Assembly: GCA_963800745.1 (NCBI GenBank)
Contig: CAWDCI010000034.1
Coordinates: 27,250-91,249, forward strand
From: an uncultured Acidobacteriaceae bacterium
GTDB taxonomy: Bacteria; Acidobacteriota; Terriglobia; Terriglobales; Acidobacteriaceae
Direction of reading: 5' to 3'
Length of the DNA stretch: 64,000 nucleotides
Shown here in pieces: positions 49,801 through 59,200 of this stretch (position 1 is the first letter of the stretch; every line of letters begins with the position of its first letter). The position numbers and the translations under genes are program-made. Below the pieces are notes generated by a model that was given only the letters and a program-made list of their open reading frames with translations, did no database searches and was not told the origin of the DNA.

Positions 49801-51174
49801 ATGATCGTCATGAAATTTGGCGGCACCTCGGTGCAGGATTCCAAGGCCATCGAGCGCGTCGCCTCCATTGTCAAAGAACGCTTACCGCTGCGGCCAGTGG
49901 TGGTGGTCAGCGCCATGGCCAAGGTAACCGACCAGTTACTCGCCATGTCGAAAGCGGCGGGCGCCGGCGACCGCAAGACGGCGCTCAAACTATGCCGCGC
50001 TTTGCAGGAGCGGCACTACGATACGGCCGGCGAACTCCTGGGAACGGCGCTGTTCAGCGACTTCCATTCGGAATTGGGCGGCGAGTTTGAGAACCTGGAA
50101 GAGCTGTTGCGCGGCATTTCGGCCGTCGGCGAGCTCACCCCGCGAACCAACGACCACGTCGCCGCCTATGGCGAGATGCTCTCCAGCAAGATCGTGGCGG
50201 CGGCATTTGCGGCCAAAGGCCTGCCCTCGGCGCACGTGGATTCGCGCGAGTGTCTGGTCACCGACGGCGCCCATATGAAGGCCGCGCCGCTGTTTGCCGA
50301 AACCGATGAGAATCTGCGAACCAAAGTCCAGCCTCTGCTCGATAAAGGTTGCGTGCCGGTCATGGGAGGCTTTATCGCCGCCACTAAAGCGGGCGTAACC
50401 ACGACCATCGGGCGCGGCGGATCAGACTATTCTGCCGCCATTTTTGGCGCCGGGCTCAATGCCGAACGCATCGAAATCTGGACCGATGTGGACGGCATGA
50501 TGACCACCGATCCCAATCTCTGCCCAGATGCCAAGCGCATTCGCGTGATCAGCTTTGAGGAGGCGGCGGAGTTGGCCTACTTCGGAGCCAAAGTTCTGCA
50601 CCCCGCGACCGTGCTTCCCGCCGTGCAGAAGAACATTCCGGTTTACATTTTGAACTCGAAGAATCCGACCTGCGAGGGCACGCGCATCACGGCCACGGCG
50701 CCCCCGTCGAAGAATTCGTTCAAAGCCATCGCGGTGAAGAAGCGCATCACCATTGTGGATGTGGCCGCTCCGCGTATGTTGCTGGCTCACGGCTTTCTGA
50801 AGGCGATCTTCGAGGCCTTCGACCGGCATCGCATCCCCGTGGACGTGGTTTCGACCTCCGAGGTCAGCATTTCTCTGACCGTGGATTCGAATGAATCCAT
50901 CCCCGCCCTGGCCGCCGACTTGGCCAAGCTGGCCGACGTAAAATATGAAGGCCGCAAGGCGATTGTCTGCGTGGTGGGCGAGAATTTGCGCAATACGCCA
51001 GGCATCGCCGCGAAGATCTTTACCGAAGTGCAGGATGTGAATATTCGCATGATTTCCCAGGGCGCCTCGGAGATTAACATCACCTTCGTAATAGAAGAAG
51101 ACTCGATTCCGCAGGTAGTGAAGCAGTTGCATAAGAAGTTTTTTACGGATGTGGATCCGGAAACGTTCGCGTAA
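49801..51174 (+). CDS. lysC: aspartate kinase
   Basis: MIVMKFGGTSVQDSKAIERV and GRGGSDYSAAIFGA, with two C-terminal ACT domains; 457 aa. Confidence 0.9.
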   Translation: MIVMKFGGTSVQDSKAIERVASIVKERLPLRPVVVVSAMAKVTDQLLAMSKAAGAGDRKTALKLCRALQERHYDTAGELLGTALFSDFHSELGGEFENLEELLRGISAVGELTPRTNDHVAAYGEMLSSKIVAAAFAAKGLPSAHVDSRECLVTDGAHMKAAPLFAETDENLRTKVQPLLDKGCVPVMGGFIAATKAGVTTTIGRGGSDYSAAIFGAGLNAERIEIWTDVDGMMTTDPNLCPDAKRIRVISFEEAAELAYFGAKVLHPATVLPAVQKNIPVYILNSKNPTCEGTRITATAPPSKNSFKAIAVKKRITIVDVAAPRMLLAHGFLKAIFEAFDRHRIPVDVVSTSEVSISLTVDSNESIPALAADLAKLADVKYEGRKAIVCVVGENLRNTPGIAAKIFTEVQDVNIRMISQGASEINITFVIEEDSIPQVVKQLHKKFFTDVDPETFA

Positions 51175-51177
51175 CGG

Positions 51178-51292
51178 CAAAAGCCTTTAACCGCCGAGAT
51201 CGCAAAGGAGAACACCGAGAACGCGGGGAAGAACCGGCTTTCTCTGCAAACTCATTGGTTCTGCTCAGCGCCCTCAGCGGTTAAAAGCTTTT
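51178..51292 (+). repeat. REP/MITE-like hairpin element, downstream of lysC
   Basis: AGCCTTTAACCGCCGAGATCGCAAAGGAGAACACCGAGAACGCGGGGAAG...CTCTGCAAACTC...CTCAGCGCCCTCAGCGGTTAAAAGCT. It has the same orientation and architecture as the element at 49531-49635. Confidence 0.5.
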
Positions 51293-51313
51293 TGATCGTC
51301 CGCTGGCAAAAAT

Positions 51314-51994
51314 ATGAACTTACTAATCCTAGGCCGCGGCAAGACGGGGTCCCTGGTGGCCGAGGTTGCCCACGAGCGCAAGCACCATGTGCGCTCCTTC
51401 GACATCAACGACAACCCGCACGCCTCGGCACTCACGCCCGAGACGCTGAGCGCTTTTGATGTGGTGATAGATTTCACCACCCCGGAGGCGGCCCTCGAAA
51501 ATATCGAGGCCTGCGCGCGCGCCGGCAAGAACATCGTGGTCGGCTCCACCGGCTGGTATAAGGAAATACCTGCCATCCGCAAGTTGGTCGAGAAGAGCGG
51601 AATCGGTTTTCTCTACGCGGGAAATTTCTCCGTCGGCGTGAATCTCTTCTACGACATCGCCCGCGCCGCGGCCGCTGCATTAAAGCACGAATACTCCGGC
51701 CAGATTTTCGAGCGCCATCACGTCCACAAGCTGGACGCCCCCTCAGGCACGGCCGTCGTACTGCAAAACATCATTAAAGATGCCTCTGGCCACGAACTCG
51801 AAATCACATCCTTCCGTGAAGGCGAAGTGGTAGGCATGCACGAATTGACTCTTAATTCTCCCAATGACACGATCTACGTCTGCCACGACGCCAAATCCCG
51901 CCGCGGCTTTGCCGATGGCGCCATCCGCGCCGCCGAATGGCTCGCCGGCAAAAAAGGCTTCTTCGACTTCAAGGATGTCTGGCGGGAGCTGTAG
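51314..51994 (+). CDS. dapB: 4-hydroxy-tetrahydrodipicolinate reductase
   Basis: MNLLILGRGKTGSLV, IDFTTPEAALENI, and ERHHVHKLDAPSGTA (the DapB signature). Confidence 0.85.
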   Translation: MNLLILGRGKTGSLVAEVAHERKHHVRSFDINDNPHASALTPETLSAFDVVIDFTTPEAALENIEACARAGKNIVVGSTGWYKEIPAIRKLVEKSGIGFLYAGNFSVGVNLFYDIARAAAAALKHEYSGQIFERHHVHKLDAPSGTAVVLQNIIKDASGHELEITSFREGEVVGMHELTLNSPNDTIYVCHDAKSRRGFADGAIRAAEWLAGKKGFFDFKDVWREL

Positions 51995-52139
51995 ATCATC
52001 TCCTAGGCTCGCGGTAGCCGCGGCAAACGACGGGTGCCCCATCCTAGCGCGGTTTGTGCGCTAGGGTGGGATTCCACAGACGCTAGCGCCGAGGGCAATC
52101 GGACTGGCGGGGAATCTCCACCCAGTAGAGAAGGCCCTG

Positions 52140-52212
52140 CGTGCCCCACATTTCGATTTTGAAATGTGGGATCCAGCTCGAAGCCACGGACTCTTCCGAA
52201 GAAAACGGCCGA
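52140..52212 (+). repeat. hairpin repeat, copy A (CCCACATTTC / GAAATGTGGG stem)
   Basis: CGTGCCCCACATTTCGATTTTGAAATGTGGGATC is identical over 34 nt to 53234-53267, and identity is about 85% over 71 nt by hand alignment. Confidence 0.55.
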
Positions 52213-52263
52213 ACAAGATTGCGCGCAATCAAAGCCGCGCAGATCCTGGCGAGACTCGGACCA

Positions 52264-53097
52264 TCAATCTAGCCGGAAATTGACGGTGATTTGGATCTGG
52301 ACCGGCACCGGCTTGCTGTCTCTTAAGGCGGGAGTAAATCTCCAGGTTCGGACGGCCTCGACCGCCTTCTCGTCCAACCCCTTGCCGATCGATTTAACCA
52401 CCACAATATTTCTTGGAATTCCTTCGGAATCGACAATCAGCAAAACGTTTACGTCGCCCTCATATTTCGCTTGTCGCGCTTCTTCAGAATATTGTGGGTA
52501 GGGCGTCTGAATGGCTTTCGGCGCGCTGACGCCAGCCCCAACTTGATACACTGGCGATCCATCCACGACCAGGAGACGCAGCGAAACCTTAAAGGACAGT
52601 CCGTCAGCGTCGCCCTTTGCATCTGCCGCATCGTAGTTATCGGCTCCTTGGGAATCTGTAACCTCGAGTGAGCCTCTGACCGACCTCGCGATACTCTCCA
52701 TCTGCGCCTGAGTCGGCGAATCTTTGTACGAGCCGCGCACGTCGGGATGAAAAACAAATTTCCGTTGCTGAGGTATTTTGGGAACTTCACCTAGATTCAC
52801 ACCGGGATTTCCCTGCGTTCGAAATTCTGAGTCAGCAATCAAGATTCCCCAGCCTTCTGACGTTGGCATGAGCGCAAAAACAAATCCAGGGAGGAACTCG
52901 CAGCTATAGACTTCCCCTCCGCGGACCTTACCCGAAAACGCAAATTCTGTGTTGGACTCTGGCGCACTAGCCGCTTTGTTCACAGAACAGGCTGACGGCA
53001 CTTCCTCGCCGGGTACTGGCGAAGCGGGCAGCGCTCGAAGCGAACTCCCGCACAACACGATCATCCAGATATTGAGCAGCGCATTCCGCGTTGACAT
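52264..53097 (-). CDS. TonB C-terminal domain-containing secreted protein
   Basis: A signal peptide (LLNIWMIVLCGSSLRA) and a C-terminal TonB_C domain (YPQYSEEARQAKYEGDVNVLLIVDSEGIPRNIVVVKSIGKGLDEKAVEAVRTWRFTPA). The coding sequence is AT-rich relative to its neighbours. Confidence 0.7.
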   Translation of the reverse strand: MSTRNALLNIWMIVLCGSSLRALPASPVPGEEVPSACSVNKAASAPESNTEFAFSGKVRGGEVYSCEFLPGFVFALMPTSEGWGILIADSEFRTQGNPGVNLGEVPKIPQQRKFVFHPDVRGSYKDSPTQAQMESIARSVRGSLEVTDSQGADNYDAADAKGDADGLSFKVSLRLLVVDGSPVYQVGAGVSAPKAIQTPYPQYSEEARQAKYEGDVNVLLIVDSEGIPRNIVVVKSIGKGLDEKAVEAVRTWRFTPALRDSKPVPVQIQITVNFRLD

Positions 53098-53233
53098 TCG
53101 CGCCTCCTCCCGATGGCCCCGCAGAGTGTATCACCGCACAAGAATTTACGGCTCCGTAACGACGAACCTTGTGGCGGGTGACCCACATCACGTGGGTAGA
53201 ACTCTGAAAAGGATCACAGGACTTTGACCCTTA

Positions 53234-53306
53234 CGTGCCCCACATTTCGATTTTGAAATGTGGGATCAGGCTCGAAGCGACGGACTTTTCCCAAGAGAAC
53301 GGCAGA
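53234..53306 (+). repeat. hairpin repeat, copy B
   Basis: See copy A. Same orientation, so the two copies bracket the TonB_C gene. Confidence 0.55.
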
Positions 53307-53438
53307 GCCGCCCGCATCACGCGAGAGGGGATACACTTCTCGCCCAACCCCGCGAGACCCCAGCTCTCAATTCCTCGGCTGCGCTCATGACCCTGTCGCG
53401 AGTGCACTGGCTGTTTACGACAGTCACTCCCATCGTTG

Positions 53439-54092
53439 TCAATCACAATAGACCTCTTGCCTGGCCACCTCATAGAGACTTCGGGGCAGCAAGATCACGC
53501 CATCCTTCAAGAAAACGATCGGGACATTGAGCCTCTGGTCAGGAGATCGCGCCCATGTCTGGCCGGTCTGTCTCACGTCAAACACTAATTCGCTTTGAGG
53601 AAGCGCGATTTGGCCTACGCACGAAACAAACACATCTTCAAATAAGCCGGTTCCTTTTGTATCGGAAAGTCTGCAACGATCAACTTTCGTCGCTTTATCG
53701 AACCAACAGTCGAACCAGTAACCTGTACTGTGCAGCGTAGACCCAAGGTTGTTTGGTTCGACATACAATGCGTTAGACGAGACAGTATGCGGTCGCTTTG
53801 GTGCGCGTCCTGCCCACCAGAGCACGCCGACCGCGAGCACAATCAGCGCTCCAAGAACCACGCCAAGGAAGCGTTTCGGCGTGAAGCGAAGTAGCAAAGC
53901 GAACACCCCGCCGAGCAGAAGACATCCGAGCACAAACCATCTCGCGATGGGCATACTAACCAGACCCAACGCCAGGAAGCCAACCGCAACAAGAATCCCG
54001 GCAAACTCCGAGTCCACCCGCATGACTCGCCATGGGCCGGGATGTCGGCCAGCATCGTGATCCTTCATCGCTTCATTGTCCCACCAACTCAT
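53439..54092 (-). CDS. hypothetical membrane protein
   Basis: The 217 aa ORF has three hydrophobic segments followed by a Cys/Trp-containing C-terminal domain. It is AT-rich, and I recognise no family. Confidence 0.5.
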   Translation of the reverse strand: MSWWDNEAMKDHDAGRHPGPWRVMRVDSEFAGILVAVGFLALGLVSMPIARWFVLGCLLLGGVFALLLRFTPKRFLGVVLGALIVLAVGVLWWAGRAPKRPHTVSSNALYVEPNNLGSTLHSTGYWFDCWFDKATKVDRCRLSDTKGTGLFEDVFVSCVGQIALPQSELVFDVRQTGQTWARSPDQRLNVPIVFLKDGVILLPRSLYEVARQEVYCD

Positions 54093-54180
54093 TCGCGCCC
54101 GATGTGCTCCGGGTCACGGGGCCATCTCCCGAAAATCCCCCCCGTTTTGTTCCCCCGCCCATTCGCGCTATCTTATAGCC

Positions 54181-55308
54181 ATGGAACTCCGAGGCTGTGG
54201 TACTGCTCTTGTCACTCCTTTTCGTCAGGATGGTTCCCTGGACGACGCCGCTCTGCGCAACCTGGTCGCCTGGCAGGTGGAATCCGGCATTGATTTCCTC
54301 GTCCCCTGCGGCACCACCGGAGAAACGCCCACGCTCAGCCACGATGAATGGCTACAGGTGATTGACATCACCATCGAGGTCGCCGCGGGGCGCGTGCCCA
54401 TCATCGCCGGCGCCACCTCGAACGCGACCGCCGACGCTGTCGCCAAAGCCAAAGAAGCCGCTGCCCGTCCCGGCGTGAACGGCATTCTCACTGCGAGCCC
54501 CTACTACAACAAGCCGACGCAGGAGGGCCAATATCGCCACTTCCGCTCCATCGCCGAAGCGATCGATAAGCCGGTCATCCTCTATAACGTTCCCGGACGC
54601 ACCGGCTCGACCATCGAAGTGGCCACCCTGGCGCGCCTGTCCGAAGTTCCAAACATCGTCGGAGTCAAAGACGCCACCGGCAACATTAACGAGATGGCCG
54701 AGGTGTGTAATTCCCTTCCCGAGACATTCCTGGTGTTTTCTGGTGACGACACCGTCACCCTGCCATTGATGGCGCTCGGCGGAGTCGGCGTGATCTCGGT
54801 CGCATCGAATGAAATCCCCAGGGAGATGGCCGAGCTCACGCGCGCCGCGCTGAACAATGATTGGGCCACGGCGCGCAGCCTTCACCGTAAATATTTGCCG
54901 CTGATGCTGGCCAACTTCATCGAATCGAACCCGTTGCCGGTCAAAGCCGTTCTTGCCATGATGGGCAAGATTGAAGAAGTTTATCGCCTGCCGCTGCTGC
55001 CCATGCGGCGCGACACCCGCTCCAAGCTGCAAAAGATCGCGGCCGAGGCCGGGATTGTGGCGAAAGCTGCCGCGCCGCCTGTCGAAGCCAATGAGTTTTA
55101 TATCTATGAAAACTGGGCTGCCGGGCCGCACAAAATTGTCCTGCATCGCGCCAATTGCGGGCAATGCAACCACGGCAAAGGACGCCCCGCTGGTCACGAT
55201 GCCAACCACTCCCGCTGGCATGGCCCCTATGCCGCACTGACCGCGGCGCGCGAGGCCTCGCACGGCATGACCGGAATTCTGATTCGCAGCGAGTGCAAGT
55301 GCATTTAG
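54181..55308 (+). CDS. dapA: 4-hydroxy-tetrahydrodipicolinate synthase with a roughly 75 aa Cys-rich C-terminal extension
   Basis: MELRGCGTALVTPFRQDGSLDD, VPCGTTGE, YYNKPTQEG and ILYNVPGRTG place a full DapA in residues 1 to about 292. The ORF continues in frame through AKAAAPPVEAN into FYIYENWAAGPHKIVLHRANCGQCNHGKGRPAGHDANHSRWHGPYAALTAAREASHGMTGILIRSECKCI. Confidence 0.85.
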   Translation: MELRGCGTALVTPFRQDGSLDDAALRNLVAWQVESGIDFLVPCGTTGETPTLSHDEWLQVIDITIEVAAGRVPIIAGATSNATADAVAKAKEAAARPGVNGILTASPYYNKPTQEGQYRHFRSIAEAIDKPVILYNVPGRTGSTIEVATLARLSEVPNIVGVKDATGNINEMAEVCNSLPETFLVFSGDDTVTLPLMALGGVGVISVASNEIPREMAELTRAALNNDWATARSLHRKYLPLMLANFIESNPLPVKAVLAMMGKIEEVYRLPLLPMRRDTRSKLQKIAAEAGIVAKAAAPPVEANEFYIYENWAAGPHKIVLHRANCGQCNHGKGRPAGHDANHSRWHGPYAALTAAREASHGMTGILIRSECKCI

Positions 55309-55396
55309 GCGGGTCGCGCTGACCCGCGAGGTGCTGTCATCGGCACATGACGGCTTGAATGTAAGGTCCGGAAGTTTCCCGTATACTTTCTCTCAC

Positions 55397-56230
55397 ATGC
55401 AATCTCTCCAACCGCTGATCGAACACCTCGCCGCTCTCGAAGACGCAGAACATGCCCCCGGCGCGCGCAAAACGTTTATGGAGTTCCGCGACGAACTCAC
55501 CCAGGGCAAGATTCGCGCCGCCGAAAAGGTCAATGGACAGTGGGTGGTTAACCTCTGGGTGAAGCAAGGCATTCTGCTGGGCTTTCGTCTGGGCGAACTC
55601 AGCAAGATGGGCGAGGACGCCGCTCTCTCCTTCGTCGACAAAGACACCTACCCTGCCCGCCGCTTTACCGTTCATGACCGGGTACGCATGGTGCCGGGCG
55701 GCTCGTCGGTCCGGCTCGGCTCTTATATCGCACCCACAGTCATCTGCATGCCGCCCATGTTTATCAATGTGGGAGCTTACGTCGATGAAGGCACCATGGT
55801 GGACTCGCACGCGCTGGTTGGCTCCTGTGCACAGATTGGCAAACGCGTACATCTGAGCGCCGCCGCTCAAATTGGCGGCGTGCTGGAGCCGATTAACGCC
55901 GCGCCCGTCATTATTGAGGACGACGTGCTGGTGGGTGGCAATTGTGGCGTCTACGAAGGCACGCTGGTGCGCTCGCGGGCAGTGCTGGGAGCGGGAACCA
56001 TCCTCACCCGCTCAACCCCGCTCTATGATCTGGTCCGTGGCGAGATCTATCGTGCGACTCCAGAAAAACCACTCGAAGTCCCGGAGAATGCCGTGGTAGT
56101 GCCTGGCTCCCGCGCAGTCAAGAGGGGCCAGGGGATGGAATGGAATCTATCTCTCTACACCCCGGTGATCGTTAAGTATCGCGACGAGAAAACCGATCAG
56201 GGAACCGGGTTAGAGGAGTGGCTGCGCTAG
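55397..56230 (+). CDS. dapD: 2,3,4,5-tetrahydropyridine-2,6-dicarboxylate N-succinyltransferase
   Basis: A left-handed beta-helix hexapeptide region (VRMVPGGSSVRLGSYIAPTVICMPPMFINVGAYVDEGTMVDSHALVGSCAQIGKRVHLSAAAQIGGVLEP). The ATG at 55397 was chosen. Confidence 0.85.
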   Translation: MQSLQPLIEHLAALEDAEHAPGARKTFMEFRDELTQGKIRAAEKVNGQWVVNLWVKQGILLGFRLGELSKMGEDAALSFVDKDTYPARRFTVHDRVRMVPGGSSVRLGSYIAPTVICMPPMFINVGAYVDEGTMVDSHALVGSCAQIGKRVHLSAAAQIGGVLEPINAAPVIIEDDVLVGGNCGVYEGTLVRSRAVLGAGTILTRSTPLYDLVRGEIYRATPEKPLEVPENAVVVPGSRAVKRGQGMEWNLSLYTPVIVKYRDEKTDQGTGLEEWLR

Positions 56231-56274
56231 CCCACGGAAAGATTTTCCGCAGCTTGCTGCGGTTCCCCGCTGCC

Positions 56275-59200
56275 TTAACAGCTACCGGCGACCGCAGTCT
56301 GAGCTTTGTGGAGCAGGCCTCGCGCCTGCGAGATCAGTTCCGCCACTTCGAACGGCTTCACCAGGAACGGCACCTGATTTTCCTGCAGAAATGCGCGTAT
56401 CTCAGGTTCGGGCGCGGCGGAGAAAGTAAACAGCAGGCGTTGCTGCATCTCCGGACGCTTTTCCCCGAGCCAGCGATATAGGTCGCGGGCGTTCCAACTG
56501 CCCGGCATCTTTCCATTAGTGATCAAGGCGTCGAAGGTTTCGCTCAGCAAGCGGGATTGCGCAATGTCGGCATTCACGCAGGTCACGACCTTTGCCCCGG
56601 CCCCGGCCAGAACATCACGCTCAAATTCCAGTACTGCCTCTTCGTCTTCCACTAGAAGCACCCGGCCTGCGATGGCTAGCTCATGGCGCGCGGGCGGCAA
56701 GACTTGCTCCAGCGCCGCGCTCTGTCCCGCCGAGGGCAAATGAATCTCAATGCTGGCGCCCCCTCCTTGCCGGTTGTGCGCGGAAATGTCGCCGCCATGC
56801 TCCTTGATGATCCCGTAGCAAATGCTCAGCCCCAGGCCCGTGCCTTTGCCCACGCTTTTGGTCGTGTAGAAAGGATCGAAAACGCGGTTCGGTTCTTTGA
56901 TGCCAGGCCCGGAGTCCTGAAATTCAACATGCACTTTGCCGCTGCTGGTGTACACGCAGACCCGGAGCAGGCCGCCCTTGCCCATCTCCAGCATGGCATC
57001 CATCGCGTTGTTGATGATATTGAGAAAAACCTGTTCCAGTTGGTGCGGGTCGGCCACGACCCCGGGCAATTGCGCGTCGATCTCCCGCTCTAACTTGATC
57101 CCATTGACCTTCAGGTCGTATTCCCGCAAAAGCAGGGTTTCTTCCAATACCTTGCGGACATCCACGCGATAGCGTTGCGGCTTACGCTGGCGAGCGAACG
57201 ACAACAGGTTTTGCACCACACGATGGGTGCGTTGCGCCTGGCGGAAGAGTTTAGCCACGAAATCCGCCGCTTTGCTGCTGAGTTGCTCGGTTTCGAGCAG
57301 TTGAGCGTAGCCCAGAATCGCGGTCAGGGGATTGTTGAGTTCATGAGCCACGCCGGAAATCAACTGCCCGACCGCCGACATTTTTTCGCTCTGCAGCAAT
57401 TGCTCCTGGGTGTGCCGCAAGTCGTCATAGGCGCGGGAGGTCTCCTCATAGAGGCGCACTTTCTCGATGGTGGTGGCCAGTTGCCGCGAGGCGGCGACCA
57501 GAAGATTTTCGTCGCTGCTGCTGTATTTCAGCGCCTCATCGCGGCGTATGCCCATCATCCCCAGCGGGTACTCGCGTCCCCATAACAGCACCCAGATCCA
57601 CGATCCCGGTTCTCCGCTGGAAACAAACTGAGCGACCGCGGCGGGCAAATGCGGCAGGTATTCCGCGGTGAGAACCTCAGTGCGCGAACGGGTTACCAGA
57701 TCGCCGAACCCATCCGGAAACTTAACCTCAGAGTCTCGAACATTTTCTTTATCGTTATCGTTGCGGCCCCAGTCGGCGCGGCGGCGGAACGTTCCGTCGG
57801 TGGAATCGGCGACATAGATGGAACCCGCGGGCGCATCCAGCAACAGGATCATCTGCCGCAGCGTCAGGTTCAGGATTTCATCCATGTCGAAAGACTGGTT
57901 GGCGATCATGGCCATGGCGTTCAGTGCGTTCAACTCGCGATTGCGCCGGCGAATCTCGTCTTCGGCTTGTTTCTTTTCCGTGACGTCCAGCACGAACCCC
58001 TGATAACGCTCAATGTTGCCCGAGACATCGCGGGTGGCGAAGCTGCTCTCCATGGCGCTGAGAACCGTGCCGTCGCGGCGGCGCAGCAAGACCTCGAAAT
58101 TGCGGACGAAATTGTGGGCTTCGACTTCCCGGCGGAATTCCGCCCGGCGCTCTGCCGACACGTAGACTTCCCGGTCCAGGTTCAGCGCCATGACCTCATC
58201 GCGATTGCCGCAACCCAGCATGCGTACGAACGCGTCATTACACTCCTGCAACACGCCATCGGGCGTAGCGACAAATACCCCTTCCTGCATCTGCTCGAAC
58301 AGCAGCTTGTATTTCTCCTCCGCCAAACGCCGGTCGGTAACATCGCGCACTACGTGGATGGTGCCGCGCAACTCACTTCCCTGCTCCCGGTAGGACGAAG
58401 TAGAGACCATGGAGAACCCGCCGAAACAGGGATCGGCCCCCTCGTAAAATGTCTTGCCGTCCTGGCAATAGGGACAGCCCGTCCATTCCCCCAGATCCCG
58501 CGGCAGCGACGCTTCACAGGTAGTCCCAATCACCGCCGCGGGCGCCTGTTCCAGACGCCGCAGCAAGGCCATGTTTGCCTTCATGATGCGGAACCCGGAG
58601 TCGTGCAGCAGCACCGCATCCTGGATGGAATCGAAGGTATTGGTCCACTGCCGGTGAGAACGGAGAATCTGCTCCAGCAGCCGCAGATTTTCCACCGCCA
58701 GTCCCAACTGGTGGGCCGTCGTCGCCAGAAACTCCATTTCTTCGGGCGCATACTGAATGTGCTGCTTGCTGCCCAGGGTCAACGTCCCGATCACCGACTT
58801 CTTTCCCAGCACAGGAATTACGATGCAGTGATCGAACCCCTCCTTGTGCAACTGGGGGCGGGCGCTTTCGTCGGTGGAAGAGATCTTCAGCGCCACCGGC
58901 TTTCCCTCCTGAAAACCGCGCTCGAATGAATCGTCCTTGGGTACGGAGGTACGCTCGCGCAGGAAGTCATGCGATAGTCCAATCTGTTGGACGATCACCA
59001 TCTTGTCGCCTTCGAGCAGACGGAACCATGCCGCCTGAGCGCCCATTAAAGACTTCAGTTCCGTCAGGGCAGTCTCCAGCATCGGCCCCGGCTGCAGCGA
59101 ACGGGTCATGGTGTCGGTAAGCGTCTGGATGACGCTCAGCCGGCGGGTGCGCATTTTGGACTCGTCAAGAACTACCAGCAACATGCTGGTGCCCAGCGCC

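Noticed and set aside
57649-58929. 426 aa + strand ORF inside the histidine kinase gene
   Set aside because: It is antisense to an intact 1162 aa kinase with all catalytic motifs, and it has no recognisable domains itself.
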